Shown: positions 45,304 through 56,891, counted from the first letter of the stretch. The stretch: 64,000 nt of DNA from a candidate division WOR-3 bacterium (GCA_039801505.1 JBDRUV010000001.1:459361-523360), one strand, 5' to 3'. Translations and numbers: made by a program. Notes: generated from the letters alone by a model not told the origin.

Positions 45304-46317
45304 ATGCGAATTGCTTTTATTGGTGCTGGACGTTGGGCTTTTACTTTAGCTTTACTTCTATATCATAAGGGAAAAGAAGTAAAACTTTGGGAACCGCGCG
45401 AGGATATAAATATTGACGAGCAGAAAAAAAAATTATTAACCAATTTTCCCAGCGACATAGAATTTCCTCAAGGTATAACGGTGACAAAAAATTTGGAGGA
45501 AGTTATTACTAACGCCGATGTAATTTTTTTTGCGGTTCCGGCACAAGTCTTAAGAGACGCCCTTCTGCGGATAATTCGATTAAAAAACGAATATTTTCGC
45601 AGTAAGCCAATTTTAGTAAGTGCCATCAAAGGATTAGAAAACACCACGAATAAGCGAATGTCTCAAATACTAGAAGAATTTTTCTCGGGTTATAAAATAG
45701 CTGTATTAGGTGGCCCGGGTATTCCTTACGAAATTGTTCGTAATACCCCAACCGCTTTGGTTGTAGCTTCAAACGACTTGGAAACTGCTGAGTTTGTTCA
45801 AAGCATTTTATCGTCAGAAACAGTTCGTATTTATACCCAGAGCGATGTAGTTGGTACAGAAATTGGAGGTGCTTTAAAAAATATTTATGCCATTGCGGGG
45901 GGAATTTGTGACGGCCTTAAGTTTGGTGCTAATACTAAAGCTGCGCTAGTAACAAGAGGGTTATATGAGATGATCCGATTCGGTGTTGCATTTAATGCCA
46001 ATCCAATGACTCTTGCTGGATTAGCTGGTATTGGTGATTTAATAGTGACTGCCTATTCTAGTTATTCAAGGAACCGTCTATTAGGTGAAAAAATTGCACA
46101 AGGAATGAAATTAGAAGATATACTTAGAACATCAAGTGGTGTAATTGAAGGTTTAACGTCCGTGGTAAGCGCTTATCGCCTTGCCAATAAAATGAAAATA
46201 GAAGTTCCAATTATGGAGGCAGTGTATGAAATTCTTTACAAAAATGCCGAAATATCCAAGACAATCAAAAAATTGATGGCTCGACCGTTACGGGCCGAGG
46301 ATAAATATGGCCAATAA
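45304..46317 (+). CDS. gpsA: NAD(P)H-dependent glycerol-3-phosphate dehydrogenase
   Basis: MRIAFIGAGRWAF Rossmann N-terminus and GALKNIYAIAGG motif. Confidence 0.9.
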   Translation: MRIAFIGAGRWAFTLALLLYHKGKEVKLWEPREDINIDEQKKKLLTNFPSDIEFPQGITVTKNLEEVITNADVIFFAVPAQVLRDALLRIIRLKNEYFRSKPILVSAIKGLENTTNKRMSQILEEFFSGYKIAVLGGPGIPYEIVRNTPTALVVASNDLETAEFVQSILSSETVRIYTQSDVVGTEIGGALKNIYAIAGGICDGLKFGANTKAALVTRGLYEMIRFGVAFNANPMTLAGLAGIGDLIVTAYSSYSRNRLLGEKIAQGMKLEDILRTSSGVIEGLTSVVSAYRLANKMKIEVPIMEAVYEILYKNAEISKTIKKLMARPLRAEDKYGQ

Positions 46318-46729
46318 AAATCGTAACAATTCACCAGTCAATAAAAAAAACAAAGAATGGTATACACTTAGTGAAGTAGCTAAAATTACAAAAATCCCCC
46401 CTCAAACTGTGAAATATTGGCAAAAAGCTTACAAAATCAATTTAGAGAAAAACAAATCTGGCAAATATCTCTACACGCGGGATGACGTTAATAAAATTTT
46501 ACTAATTAAACAATTGCGACTACGCGACAAATTAAGTGTGGCGGGTGTAAAGAAAAAATTAGCTCAATTTGCCAAATGTGGTTTCAAAGAAACGACAGCA
46601 GAAGATGTTAAAATTAAAAAAGCAAACATTTTTTCAGAAAATACACTTTTGTCAGTTCAAAAAGAATTGATTATAATAAAAGGATTATTAGAACAACTGA
46701 TAAATGATATCTCAATTCCGGAAAAATAA
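46307..46729 (+). CDS. MerR-family HTH protein
   Basis: [21 protein letters not shown] helix-turn-helix followed by a coiled-coil tail. Confidence 0.65.
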   Translation: MANKNRNNSPVNKKNKEWYTLSEVAKITKIPPQTVKYWQKAYKINLEKNKSGKYLYTRDDVNKILLIKQLRLRDKLSVAGVKKKLAQFAKCGFKETTAEDVKIKKANIFSENTLLSVQKELIIIKGLLEQLINDISIPEK

Positions 46730-46746
46730 ACAAAAGGGGGATAATC

Positions 46747-47490
46747 ATGTATGTTGTGATACCAATAATAATTTTGGTGATTATTATATTTTCGTCGATG
46801 ATTCGAATCCTTCGTGAGTACGAACGTGGTGTGGTTTTTCGTTTAGGACGGTTAATCGGAGTCAAAGGACCAGGATTAGTTATTCTGATTCCTTTTATTG
46901 ATCGGATGGTAAAAGTTAGTCTCCGAATTGTTACGCTAGATGTTCCACCACAGGATGTTATAACCCGAGATAACATTTCCGTTAGTGTAAATGCTGTAGC
47001 GTATTTTCGCGTGATGGATCCAGCTAAGGTAATTACTGAAGTTGAAAACTATCAATATGCAACATCACAAATTGCTCAGACAACTCTTCGGAGTGTTTTA
47101 GGAGAATACGAATTAGATGATCTTTTGACGAAACGCGAAATGATTAATCATCGACTGCAAAAAATTATTGATGAGCAAACCGGTCCTTGGGGGATAAAAG
47201 TATCAATGGTGGAAATTAAGCACGTTGATATTCCAGAGTCGATGAGACGAGCAATAGCCCGGCAGGCTGAAGCCGAACGAGAACGCCGAGCAAAAATTAT
47301 ACACGCTGATGGTGAATACGAGGCAGCCGAAAAGCTAACAAAGGCAGCTGAGATGCTTGCCCAAACACCCATTTCGGTTCAGTTAAGATATCTTCAAACA
47401 TTAACAGAAATTGCTACTGAAAAAAATTCAACCATTATTTTCCCCTTACCGATAGATTTAATTACTCCCTTTATTAAGAAGGGACAGTAA
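46747..47490 (+). CDS. SPFH/band-7 (stomatin-like) membrane protein
   Basis: N-terminal TM helix, [12 protein letters not shown] motif, and an Ala/Glu-rich C-terminal helix. Confidence 0.9.
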   Translation: MYVVIPIIILVIIIFSSMIRILREYERGVVFRLGRLIGVKGPGLVILIPFIDRMVKVSLRIVTLDVPPQDVITRDNISVSVNAVAYFRVMDPAKVITEVENYQYATSQIAQTTLRSVLGEYELDDLLTKREMINHRLQKIIDEQTGPWGIKVSMVEIKHVDIPESMRRAIARQAEAERERRAKIIHADGEYEAAEKLTKAAEMLAQTPISVQLRYLQTLTEIATEKNSTIIFPLPIDLITPFIKKGQ

Positions 47491-47503
47491 TGAGTTTTAA
47501 TGT

Positions 47504-48592
47504 TTAATCAAGCTGATTTCTAATAAACGTAGGAATATCAAGGTTTGACTTATCCACTGTGAACTTTCGTTCTGAGCCAATCGGTGCTGCAGTTATTTCA
47601 GAATGAGCTAAAGAGTTTAGTATTTCCTGAGACGACGGTAAGGCCTCTTCAATTCCTGTTGCGATTAAAGTGACACGTAAAGAATTTTTTAACGAAGAAT
47701 CTTTGTTGATTCCAAATCGAATATCAGCGTTACCGTTGGTAGCTTTTTTAACGATACTTGCTATTTCGTTGACTTCTTGCACAGTTAAACTATTGTCACC
47801 TGTGATATTTAAAAGTATCTTCGTAGCAGTTTCAATGCTAAACTCTTCAATTAAAGGTGAACTTAACGCCTGTCGCGCAGCATTTGTAGCTCGGCCTTCA
47901 CCGCTTGCAATTCCTGATGTAATCAAAGTTCGTCCGGGCTCTAACATAACGTTACGAACATCAGCAAAATCAATATTGATAATTCCTGGTTTAGTAATCA
48001 AATCCGAAACTCCTTGGACTGCGTTTAAGAGTACTTCATCAGCTAGACGAAAAGCTTCATAACACGGGATATCGGGGAAAGCGTTTAGTAATTTTTGGTT
48101 AGGTATTACTATTAAAGTATCAACTTTGTTTTTTAGTTCATTAATTCCGCGCAGAGCCTGGAGCATTCTTTTTTCACCCTCAAATTCAAAAGGTTTTGTG
48201 ACTACAGCAATTACTAATGCACCCTGGTTTTTGGCTGTTTCGGCAATCAACGGTGTTGCTCCAGTTCCTGTACCGCCTCCTTCTCCGCAAGTTAAAAAAA
48301 CTAAATCGTATCCTGTTAAAATATCTTTGATTACATCTAAGCTTTCTTCACAAGCCTTTCGTCCTAAATCAGGATTCCCGCCTGAGCCAAGTCCACCGGT
48401 TATTTGTGCGCCTATCTGAATTTTATTTGCTGCGTGGTTCATCGAAAGTGCTTGAAGATCCGTGTTAACAGCAAAGAATTCAACATCTGTTAATTTTGCT
48501 TCAATCATATGATTAATCGCATTATTACCTGCCCCGCCAACGCCTACAACAGCTATTCGGGCTAACCTTTTTTCCTCTACCGGCTCAAACAT
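47504..48592 (-). CDS. ftsZ: cell division GTPase FtsZ
   Basis: GVGGAGNNA and GGGTGTG tubulin signature. The start is at the second ATG (MFEPVEE), which has AAGGAG 6 nt upstream. Confidence 0.97.
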   Translation of the reverse strand: MFEPVEEKRLARIAVVGVGGAGNNAINHMIEAKLTDVEFFAVNTDLQALSMNHAANKIQIGAQITGGLGSGGNPDLGRKACEESLDVIKDILTGYDLVFLTCGEGGGTGTGATPLIAETAKNQGALVIAVVTKPFEFEGEKRMLQALRGINELKNKVDTLIVIPNQKLLNAFPDIPCYEAFRLADEVLLNAVQGVSDLITKPGIINIDFADVRNVMLEPGRTLITSGIASGEGRATNAARQALSSPLIEEFSIETATKILLNITGDNSLTVQEVNEIASIVKKATNGNADIRFGINKDSSLKNSLRVTLIATGIEEALPSSQEILNSLAHSEITAAPIGSERKFTVDKSNLDIPTFIRNQLD

Positions 48593-48621
48593 TTTAGCTC
48601 CTTTCATTACGGTTTAGCTTT

Positions 48622-49839
48622 TTACATAAATGTTTGTTTTATTTTATTTATTAATAGCGATAAAAGTCCTTCAGTTTCCGAAAAATAGAAGTCCTCACCA
48701 TCTATTGCAAAATTAACCAATCCCAACGCTGTTAAATAAGAAATATCAAAATCAGGCGACTCATATTTTATAGGTAAATCAGCAATCTTTGCTGGAATGT
48801 TAAAGATTTTATTTGCTAATAGGTCAATTCCTTTTAGCATTGCGGTATTTCCGGTAATAATTATTCCACCCGGGAGATTTTCAGAAAAACCGGCATTTCG
48901 TAAATCCTGTTCCACATATTCAAGAATTTCTTTAACTCGAGATTCAATAATCATTGCAAGAGTACGTTGCTGTATGGATTTTAAAAAATTTCCTTCTTCG
49001 TCATAGATATCAATTTGGTTATTATTGCCAAGAGAACTTAAATGACTAACACCATACTTTATTTTTACATCTTCGGCAATGCTCGGCGGTAATTTAAGGC
49101 AAATTGCGATATCATTGGTAATATTGTCCCCTCCTATTTTTAGGACTTTATAGTATGTCAATACATTATCTTTAAAAACTGAAATGGTTGTTTTCCCACC
49201 TATGTCTATGATTCCAACTCCTAAGTTTCGTTCTTTTTCACTTGTAATTATGCTGGCTACTGCTTGACTTTGAAGAACTAAGGAATTGCAAGGTAGCTTT
49301 AATATTTTAAAAATTCGCAAAATGTTTTCGATTATTGTTTGCATTCCTATAACAACAATTGCTTCAATTTCTAAACGTAGCCCGACCATACCTAACGGGT
49401 TCCTTATACCTCTTTGCCCGTCAATGGAAAATTGTTTTGGAAAAACATGAATTATTTGATAATCAGGAGATAATCGTAGTGTTTGAGCTTGATTGAGAAC
49501 AGCCCGAATATCTCTTTCGTTTATTCCCTTTTGAGGATTTTTTACAGACACTGTACCAACGCTTGTTAAGTGTTGTATGTGATCCCCAGTGATTCCTACA
49601 AAAAGAATACACCCGGATAAACTCTCAAGATTGGATATTTCCTTTAATCGCTCTAGACATTCACTTACTGTTGTAGTTGCTTTTTGTAAATCAGTTACAG
49701 CACCGTTATCGAATCCTTCGGCGGGCAGTTTATAAAATCCCAGGACATTAATTTTATTAAGTTGGTCAACTTCTGCTAATAATGCTGCTAATTTGGTATA
49801 CCCTATGTCTAACCCGATAATTTTTTTAGACTTAGCCAT
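48622..49839 (-). CDS. ftsA: cell division protein FtsA
   Basis: IGLDIGYTKL and IDIGGKTT actin-fold motifs. AAGGAGG SD. Confidence 0.95.
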   Translation of the reverse strand: MAKSKKIIGLDIGYTKLAALLAEVDQLNKINVLGFYKLPAEGFDNGAVTDLQKATTTVSECLERLKEISNLESLSGCILFVGITGDHIQHLTSVGTVSVKNPQKGINERDIRAVLNQAQTLRLSPDYQIIHVFPKQFSIDGQRGIRNPLGMVGLRLEIEAIVVIGMQTIIENILRIFKILKLPCNSLVLQSQAVASIITSEKERNLGVGIIDIGGKTTISVFKDNVLTYYKVLKIGGDNITNDIAICLKLPPSIAEDVKIKYGVSHLSSLGNNNQIDIYDEEGNFLKSIQQRTLAMIIESRVKEILEYVEQDLRNAGFSENLPGGIIITGNTAMLKGIDLLANKIFNIPAKIADLPIKYESPDFDISYLTALGLVNFAIDGEDFYFSETEGLLSLLINKIKQTFM

Positions 49840-50786
49840 TTATTAACCTCCTTAGTTTTTGGTAAAATTTCGATTTCTTCTTCAAGGATTACCCGAGTAT
49901 AATTTTCTACACGCGTTTTTATTTTTTGAGTCAACTCATAAATTTTTGACATGGTTGCTTGGTTATGATTTATTATAAAATTCGCATGTTTAGTTGATAT
50001 AATCGCTCCCCCGTATGAAAACCCCCTTAAGCCAACTTTTTCAATCAGTTTACCGGCAGGTTGTTCCGGTGGGTTTTTGAAAAAAGAGCCAGCTGAAAAA
50101 CCTCGTGGTTGGGTGTTGTATCTAATTTTAGAATAAGCAGATAACTTATTTTTAATTTCTTGGTAAGACACACGGTTAAGAGAAAAAGATCCGGAAATGA
50201 TAATGTAATCATCAGGGATAGATGTTTTTCGATAACTAAAATTTATTTTATCTTTTTTAAGATTTAGTTCGTTACCATCTTTATCTACGACGTTTACTTG
50301 CAAAATTATTTCGCCAATGCTATGTCCATATGCCCCGGCATTATTTTTTATGGCGCCGCCAAAAGTTCCTGGTATTCCCCAAAGAAATTCGACACCTGAA
50401 AATGAGTGAGTTTGGGAATATTTTATAATTTTTGATAACCTTGTGGAAGCTCCAACTCCTAAGACTATTTTATTATCACCGGGCTGGGATAAAATCCTAA
50501 TAAATGAAAAAAAATTGCCAAGTTTTATAGTAATTCCTTTGAGTTCTTGATCCGTAATTAATAAGTTTGAACCTGCACCAATTACATAAAATGGAATATC
50601 ATAAACATTAATGAATTTACGGAGTACTTTAAGGTCTTGGATGTTATTAACAATGAATAACCATTCGGCATTTCCGCCAATTTTGTATGTAGTGTAATTA
50701 GCTAAAGGCACCTTTCTTAATATAATTGTTGATCTAGAAAGCGATTTTTTTAGAGTATTTTCAATAATGTTTCTCCAACTTGCCAT
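49809..50786 (-). CDS. murB: UDP-N-acetylenolpyruvoylglucosamine reductase
   Basis: FAD-binding domain (YKIGGNAEW, IGAGSNLL) and GSFFKNP motif. Confidence 0.92.
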   Translation of the reverse strand: MASWRNIIENTLKKSLSRSTIILRKVPLANYTTYKIGGNAEWLFIVNNIQDLKVLRKFINVYDIPFYVIGAGSNLLITDQELKGITIKLGNFFSFIRILSQPGDNKIVLGVGASTRLSKIIKYSQTHSFSGVEFLWGIPGTFGGAIKNNAGAYGHSIGEIILQVNVVDKDGNELNLKKDKINFSYRKTSIPDDYIIISGSFSLNRVSYQEIKNKLSAYSKIRYNTQPRGFSAGSFFKNPPEQPAGKLIEKVGLRGFSYGGAIISTKHANFIINHNQATMSKIYELTQKIKTRVENYTRVILEEEIEILPKTKEVNKWLSLKKLSG

Positions 50787-52129
50787 ATGTCTCCTGCTCC
50801 AATTGTTATTATTATATCACCAGGTTTGGCAATTTTTTTTACACAAGAAATGATTTCTGAAGGCGTTTTTTTGTATAACACTGGAATTTTTTTGTTACGT
50901 ACCCGGTGATATTTTTTAATTGCTTTAACAATAATTTGTGACGAAACATTTGGTATAGGAGATTCTTGAGCCGGATAAATTTTTGAGACTATTACAAAAT
51001 CTGCCTGGATAAATGCCGATCCGAAATGCGGTCCTAGCTTTAATGTTCTTGTGTATCGATGCGGCTGAAAAATTACCACAATTCTATTGTCAGGATAATT
51101 TAAACGTAATGTTTTGAGTGTAGCTTTTATTTCTGTGGGATGGTGAGCATAATCATCAAATATAATAATATTATTTTTTTCTCCCTTTTTTTCAAGACGC
51201 CGATGGATACCGGAAAAATTTAATAGCGCATCTTTAATTATATCGATAGGAATTTCCAATCGTAAAGCTACAGTGATTGCAGCCAATGCATTTAAGATAT
51301 TGTGCTCACCTGGTATTCTAAGATAGATTTTTTGTGTCCGATTTTTATGGATAATTGTAAAACTTGTATGGGAATTGTTAAATTTAATGTTTTTTGCTTG
51401 GATGTGAGCCGGAAACTTTATCCCGTAAGTAATAAAATCACGTTTAATGTAAGGAATTATACTTCTAACATTTTTACAATCGTTACATAAAACAGCAGTT
51501 CCATAGAATGGTATTTTATTAACAAATAACAAAAACGCATTTTTTATTTCGGATAGATTTCTGTAAAAATCCAAATGTTCTCTTTCAATATTAGTTACTA
51601 CAGATATTGTTGGACAAAGTGATAGAAACGAACAATCGCTTTCATCGGCTTCTACGACTAAATATTGTCCCGTTCCAATTTTAGCGCCACTGTTCATTCC
51701 TAGAAATTTTCCACCAACGATAACAGTTGGGTTATAACCAGCACATTCTAAAATACTTCCAATCATAGACGTCGTGGTAGTTTTACCATGCGTCCCCGAG
51801 ACGGCAATTGAATATTTCATTCTCATAAGCTCTCCAAGCATTTCGGCACGTTGAATCACTGGTATCTTTTTTGCTCGCGCATATTTGATCTCCGGATTGT
51901 TAGGCTTAATTGCGCTAGAGTAGATTACTACTGATGCGTCTCGGACATTATAAGGATTATGGGTGTAATAAATTTTTATACCTTGTTTTTCTAAGTATTT
52001 AGTTAAAGATGTTTTCGAAATATCAGATCCGGTAACGCAATATCCCATGTTTTTAAGTACTAACGCTAGCCCTGACATTCCGGCGCCACCGATGCCTACC
52101 AAGTGGATCGATTTGATCTTTCCAAACAT
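50750..52129 (-). CDS. murC: UDP-N-acetylmuramate--L-alanine ligase
   Basis: HLVGIGGAGMSG and VSGTHGKTTTTSM motifs. Confidence 0.95.
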   Translation of the reverse strand: MFGKIKSIHLVGIGGAGMSGLALVLKNMGYCVTGSDISKTSLTKYLEKQGIKIYYTHNPYNVRDASVVIYSSAIKPNNPEIKYARAKKIPVIQRAEMLGELMRMKYSIAVSGTHGKTTTTSMIGSILECAGYNPTVIVGGKFLGMNSGAKIGTGQYLVVEADESDCSFLSLCPTISVVTNIEREHLDFYRNLSEIKNAFLLFVNKIPFYGTAVLCNDCKNVRSIIPYIKRDFITYGIKFPAHIQAKNIKFNNSHTSFTIIHKNRTQKIYLRIPGEHNILNALAAITVALRLEIPIDIIKDALLNFSGIHRRLEKKGEKNNIIIFDDYAHHPTEIKATLKTLRLNYPDNRIVVIFQPHRYTRTLKLGPHFGSAFIQADFVIVSKIYPAQESPIPNVSSQIIVKAIKKYHRVRNKKIPVLYKKTPSEIISCVKKIAKPGDIIITIGAGDIWQVGETLLKIL

Positions 52130-52136
52130 AGCAAAA

Positions 52137-53228
52137 TTAGAGATTAAGATATATGTTTTGTGGTTTAGTAGTGCGTCGAGCGATTACATCAGCAGCGTCA
52201 AGCTTTGCTAGTTTTAGCGCATTTTTTGAAAGAGCAAGTAATTTGTTTTTATCTGAAAGCAAGTCGATTAAAATGTTTTTTAAAGTATTAATGAATTGTG
52301 ATAACTCGTTGCTGGTGCATTGTTCTAAAATGACCCCCGCTTTATTTTGGACAATATACTGAGCATTCGCTTTTTGATGATTGTTTGCAGCAAAAGGGTA
52401 TGGTATTATTATGGCAGGCAGGCCAAACGCCAAAATTTCTGATAATACCATAGCACCAGCACGAGTTATCACAATTGATGCCTTTTCATACAATTTCTCT
52501 GGATGATAAGTATACTCGATTATATCACAATTTGTTGTTTTTACTTGATTCCTTGTGCTGCTATAATGTTGTTTTCCTGTTACAATTATAAACCGCAACT
52601 GAGAAAATAGTGAAGCCAAACTTAGTCCAATTAAATTTAAAAAATATGCTCCTTGACTTCCTCCTAAAATAAGAATTGTGGGATTGCTGAAATTCTTTTT
52701 TTCTAAATTAAATTTTTGAGCAGCCATTACAATACTTTTGCGAAGAGGGTTGCCGGAATAAAACGCTTTCCCTTTTATTGGATAAAATAAAGGGAACCCC
52801 AAAAAAATTTCTCTTGCGTGTCTTGAAAAATATCTAACTACTCTTCCGGGAATAGCGTTCTGCTCTAACAAGTAGAATTGTTTTTTTAAAATAACTGCCC
52901 ATACAAGTGGAATCACACTGACATAACAGCCAGAGGCAATTAAAAATTGCGGATTAACTGTCCAAAGAATTTTAAGAAAAACAAATATGCTACAAGCCAT
53001 ATTAAACACCGAAATTATTTTTTTTCTAATACCTGGTGCCATAAAATTACTTGTTGGAAGAAGAAAATATTTAATACCTGTCCGCTTAATTATTTCGATG
53101 TCACCGGGATTATTTCTGGTTACAAAAATTACTTCGTAGTTCCTTTCTCTTATTGCTTCAGCCACTGCAATTGCGGGATATATATGTCCCCCTGTGCCTC
53201 CAGCGACAATCAAGATTCTAGAGTTCAT
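52137..53228 (-). CDS. murG: undecaprenyldiphospho-muramoylpentapeptide beta-N-acetylglucosaminyltransferase
   Basis: AGGTGGHIYPA motif. The start is at MNSRILIV; the alternative is 53249. Confidence 0.93.
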   Translation of the reverse strand: MNSRILIVAGGTGGHIYPAIAVAEAIRERNYEVIFVTRNNPGDIEIIKRTGIKYFLLPTSNFMAPGIRKKIISVFNMACSIFVFLKILWTVNPQFLIASGCYVSVIPLVWAVILKKQFYLLEQNAIPGRVVRYFSRHAREIFLGFPLFYPIKGKAFYSGNPLRKSIVMAAQKFNLEKKNFSNPTILILGGSQGAYFLNLIGLSLASLFSQLRFIIVTGKQHYSSTRNQVKTTNCDIIEYTYHPEKLYEKASIVITRAGAMVLSEILAFGLPAIIIPYPFAANNHQKANAQYIVQNKAGVILEQCTSNELSQFINTLKNILIDLLSDKNKLLALSKNALKLAKLDAADVIARRTTKPQNIYLNL

Positions 53229-54423
53229 ATTTTTTATATTTTGGGGCAAATTTTAAACTTTCAATGCAAATTTTAGGACTGTATCTCGTGATATTTAATA
53301 TGATACCTATTGCCAACAAGTTGGATATTAACGCAGATCCACCATATGAAATAAAAGGAAGTGGCTGACCCGTTGTTGGGATTAGTGCCAAATTAACCGA
53401 GAGATGAACGAAGAAATAAATTGATATTAAAGTTATTAACCCTACAAGTAGCATTTTGTCGAAATAGTCATTCATATAAAAACTTATTTTTACTACGCGA
53501 TTAAATAACAAGAAGAACAACGTAAACAATCCGAGGCTCCCCCAAAAACCCACTTCTTCGGCTATTGAAGAAAAAATAAAATCTGTGTGCGCTTTAGGCA
53601 AAAAATACAATTTTTGTTTACCTTCTCCCAAACCCTTACCAAACAATCCTCCTGATCCAACTGCGATTATTGCTTGGTACTGTTGATAAGAATTTAACAA
53701 ATGTTCTTTTATACGTTTTTGAGCATACGGTACAGTTAATATTGTCGCAAAAAATAGAATTAGCGAAGCAATAACCCCGAGGATCAAATAACGAATCTTA
53801 AATTCGCTAAGGCCAACCATGATTAGGCTTGATATGCCAATTATTATACTTGTGCCAATTGCTGGCTGACAGAGCGTTAGAAGAATTATAATTCCAATGA
53901 TTAACAGTGGGGTTAAATGGTTTTTAGCAGATTTTCGTGTACGTGAAGATCCTGTATTATTAAAACTTTCGTACGATTTTGCGAAATAAGCACTTAACCA
54001 AATGACGAGGAAAATTTTAATCAATTCTATTGGTTGAAAAAACAAAATCCAACGTCGCGCCGAAGCAACTTTCTTGCCAGTAATAAGTGTAATTATCAAA
54101 ATTAAGATACTAACAAATATTATACAATCAATTAGAGTAAATTTTTTGAGTATTAATTTATTTAATGCCAATTTTCGAAAAAGCGGATATGGGAAGTAAG
54201 TCGCGCACAACAATATTATTGTTCCAATAGCGGTTCGTACTAAATGCTTTTTGAAAAAAGATATTTCTGGTGAAAATGACTTTTCCCATCCATAGTGCAA
54301 AGTAACCGAGTAGATTGCTACTAAACCGCTTGCTATTAACAGACCAACAAGAAAACATAATACCAAATCAGGATTGCTAAGCATTGAGCGTTTGTATTGA
54401 TAAGATCTTGTTGCACTGTTCAT
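53218..54423 (-). CDS. ftsW: SEDS-family peptidoglycan glycosyltransferase FtsW
   Basis: About 10 TM segments, QP.E..K and TDFIFS motifs, and the dcw context. Confidence 0.9.
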   Translation of the reverse strand: MNSATRSYQYKRSMLSNPDLVLCFLVGLLIASGLVAIYSVTLHYGWEKSFSPEISFFKKHLVRTAIGTIILLCATYFPYPLFRKLALNKLILKKFTLIDCIIFVSILILIITLITGKKVASARRWILFFQPIELIKIFLVIWLSAYFAKSYESFNNTGSSRTRKSAKNHLTPLLIIGIIILLTLCQPAIGTSIIIGISSLIMVGLSEFKIRYLILGVIASLILFFATILTVPYAQKRIKEHLLNSYQQYQAIIAVGSGGLFGKGLGEGKQKLYFLPKAHTDFIFSSIAEEVGFWGSLGLFTLFFLLFNRVVKISFYMNDYFDKMLLVGLITLISIYFFVHLSVNLALIPTTGQPLPFISYGGSALISNLLAIGIILNITRYSPKICIESLKFAPKYKKYEL

Positions 54424-54429
54424 ATAAAA

Positions 54430-55806
54430 TTATCTGCTCGTTAAATCTAGAACTAATTTTTTAAAAAGATTACCTCGTTCCTCAAAATTGGAGAACATAT
54501 CAAAACTGGCAAATCCGGGTGAAAATAGTATTATATCGCGCGGACGAGCAAGATGCATTGCAGTTTTAATTGCATTTTTTAGAGTGTGGGAGACGTAGGC
54601 GTTTTTGTATTTGTAGTATTTTAAAAGTTTATATAGTTTAAATCGGTTTTCTCCCAACAGTATTGTATGTTTAGCTTTATGAATGATTGCTTTTACGTAT
54701 GCATCTAGAGGTAGGTTTTTTTCTTTCCCACCTGTTATTAAAATCACGGGTTGTGTAAATGCACTTAGTGTTTCTATGCCTGCTGCTGGATTTGTACACA
54801 TGGAATTATTAATGTATTTTACATTTTTATTTTCAGTTACAAATTCTAATCGATGGTTTAATCCCACAAAAGTAGAAAGAAGTTTTTTTATAGCACAATT
54901 TTTAATACCTATAAGTTTTGCGGCGCAGATCGCTGCTAAAATACTACTAAGAAACTGCTTACCTTTTAAATTAATATCAGCAATATTGCAAATTTTTTCG
55001 TTGTTAAAATAAATTATATCATTTTTGAGAAAAACCCCCTTTACTTCTTTTCGTATGGAAAAGAAATATAAGTTTGATTTAATTCTTTTAATGTGTTCCA
55101 TAATTAGACTGTCGTCACAATTAACAATAGCGAAATCTTTGTCTGTTTGATTTTCGAAAATTTTAAATTTAATATTACAGTACTCAGACATCGTTCTGTG
55201 TCGATCAAGATGATCATGCGAAATATTTAGTAAAATTCCAATGTGAGGTCTAAAAGACTTGCATCGTTCCAACTGAAAACTTGACACCTCAATAATATAA
55301 TATTCTTTAGGTGTTTGTAATAGAGAGTGTGAAAACGGCAAGCCGGGAGCCAAATTCCCTCCCCAAAAACATTTTCTGTTCGCTTCAGCTAAAATTTTCC
55401 CCAGCAGAACGGTTGTTGTAGACTTTCCATTTGTGCCCGTGATTGCTATAATTGGTGATTTTATGAAATTACTAGTAAATTCTACTTCATCATATATTGG
55501 AATATTATTTTTTCTTAAGCACCTAACAATGTAATTATTCTCTTTAATCCCCGGACTTACAATTGCAAATTCAATATCATCAATGTGATTTTTGATTTTA
55601 TGTTTATCCTTTATAAATGTAAAATTGGGATTTGTGTTAAAGAGACACAGATAATCGGAAGAAACATTGTTAATATTATCGTCATAGCATAATATTCTAA
55701 CGTTCGTTCTGATTAAATACCGTAAAACAGACTGCCCTATTTTACCCAATCCGAGTATTATAACTTTTTTGTTATGATTATTCAGACCAAACCTGTTGTG
55801 TTTCAT
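54430..55806 (-). CDS. murD: UDP-N-acetylmuramoylalanine--D-glutamate ligase
   Basis: ITGTNGKSTT P-loop and its position between mraY and ftsW. Confidence 0.92.
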   Translation of the reverse strand: MKHNRFGLNNHNKKVIILGLGKIGQSVLRYLIRTNVRILCYDDNINNVSSDYLCLFNTNPNFTFIKDKHKIKNHIDDIEFAIVSPGIKENNYIVRCLRKNNIPIYDEVEFTSNFIKSPIIAITGTNGKSTTTVLLGKILAEANRKCFWGGNLAPGLPFSHSLLQTPKEYYIIEVSSFQLERCKSFRPHIGILLNISHDHLDRHRTMSEYCNIKFKIFENQTDKDFAIVNCDDSLIMEHIKRIKSNLYFFSIRKEVKGVFLKNDIIYFNNEKICNIADINLKGKQFLSSILAAICAAKLIGIKNCAIKKLLSTFVGLNHRLEFVTENKNVKYINNSMCTNPAAGIETLSAFTQPVILITGGKEKNLPLDAYVKAIIHKAKHTILLGENRFKLYKLLKYYKYKNAYVSHTLKNAIKTAMHLARPRDIILFSPGFASFDMFSNFEERGNLFKKLVLDLTSR

Positions 55807-56891
55807 CGTATTTTAAGTGTAGAAATAGCTAAAATTGCCGAAATGATGCCTAAAATCCAAAAACGAACCACAATTTTGGGTTCCGGCCAGCCACATAATT
55901 CAAAATGATGGTGCAGTGGAGCCATACGAAAAATTCGTTTGCCATGTGTTAAATGAAAATATACTACCTGGATGAATACAGTAAAAATTTCTAATAGAAA
56001 TACTCCACCTATTAGTACGAATAAAAACTCATGTTTAGAAACTATTGCGGAATATCCAATTATTGCGCCTAACGGTAATGAACCTGTATCACCCATAAAA
56101 ATTTGAGCTGGATGGGAATTAAACCACAAAAATCCCAGACAGGCCCCTAGAACAGCAAAACAGATTACACTCATTTCACCGGCACCAGGGACATAAAGAA
56201 TGTTTAAATAAGTACTGATTTTACCGTGTCCGGAAACATACGTTAGTATCCCATAGCCGAGACTAGCAATTCCTAACAAACCAGTTGCCAATCCATCTAA
56301 GCCATCAGCGAAATTTACTGCATTTGACGTTACTAGTAAAATTAAAACTACCCAGGGGATAAAGAAATGCTTAAAATTGATGTTGATGTTTTTAAAGAAT
56401 GGGAAATTTGTCATAGTGACAATTTCTTTATTAGCCGAAAAATAAAACAAGATCAACGCTGCAATTATAGAAATAATTATTTGATAAAAAAGTTTGGTCT
56501 TAATACTCAATCCTCGGGCATTATTGCGCCGAATTTTGTGGTAGTCATCTGCATACCCCAACGCCCCAAAAGAAAGAAGTACAAATATGCCGACTATGAT
56601 ATTCAAATTTTTTAAATCAGCAAACAGTAAAGTGGCTATTACAATGGCACTAATTATTAGAAGCCCACCCATGGATGGGGTTCCTGCTTTAGTCATGTGA
56701 AGCCTCGGAACCTCATTTCTTATGTTTTGACCTATTGAATATTTGCGGAGTGTTTTAATAAACCAAGGTCCCAGTAATAGACAAATTATAAGGGCTAAGG
56801 TAGCAGCATACGCAGCCCGAAAGGTAATGTAGCGGAAAATATTGAAAAAGCTAACATAATGTTTTAGGGGATATAGTAGCAAGTAAACCAT
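55803..56891 (-). CDS. mraY: phospho-N-acetylmuramoyl-pentapeptide transferase
   Basis: NA.NF.DGLDGLA and PLHHHFE motifs. Confidence 0.95.
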   Translation of the reverse strand: MVYLLLYPLKHYVSFFNIFRYITFRAAYAATLALIICLLLGPWFIKTLRKYSIGQNIRNEVPRLHMTKAGTPSMGGLLIISAIVIATLLFADLKNLNIIVGIFVLLSFGALGYADDYHKIRRNNARGLSIKTKLFYQIIISIIAALILFYFSANKEIVTMTNFPFFKNININFKHFFIPWVVLILLVTSNAVNFADGLDGLATGLLGIASLGYGILTYVSGHGKISTYLNILYVPGAGEMSVICFAVLGACLGFLWFNSHPAQIFMGDTGSLPLGAIIGYSAIVSKHEFLFVLIGGVFLLEIFTVFIQVVYFHLTHGKRIFRMAPLHHHFELCGWPEPKIVVRFWILGIISAILAISTLKIR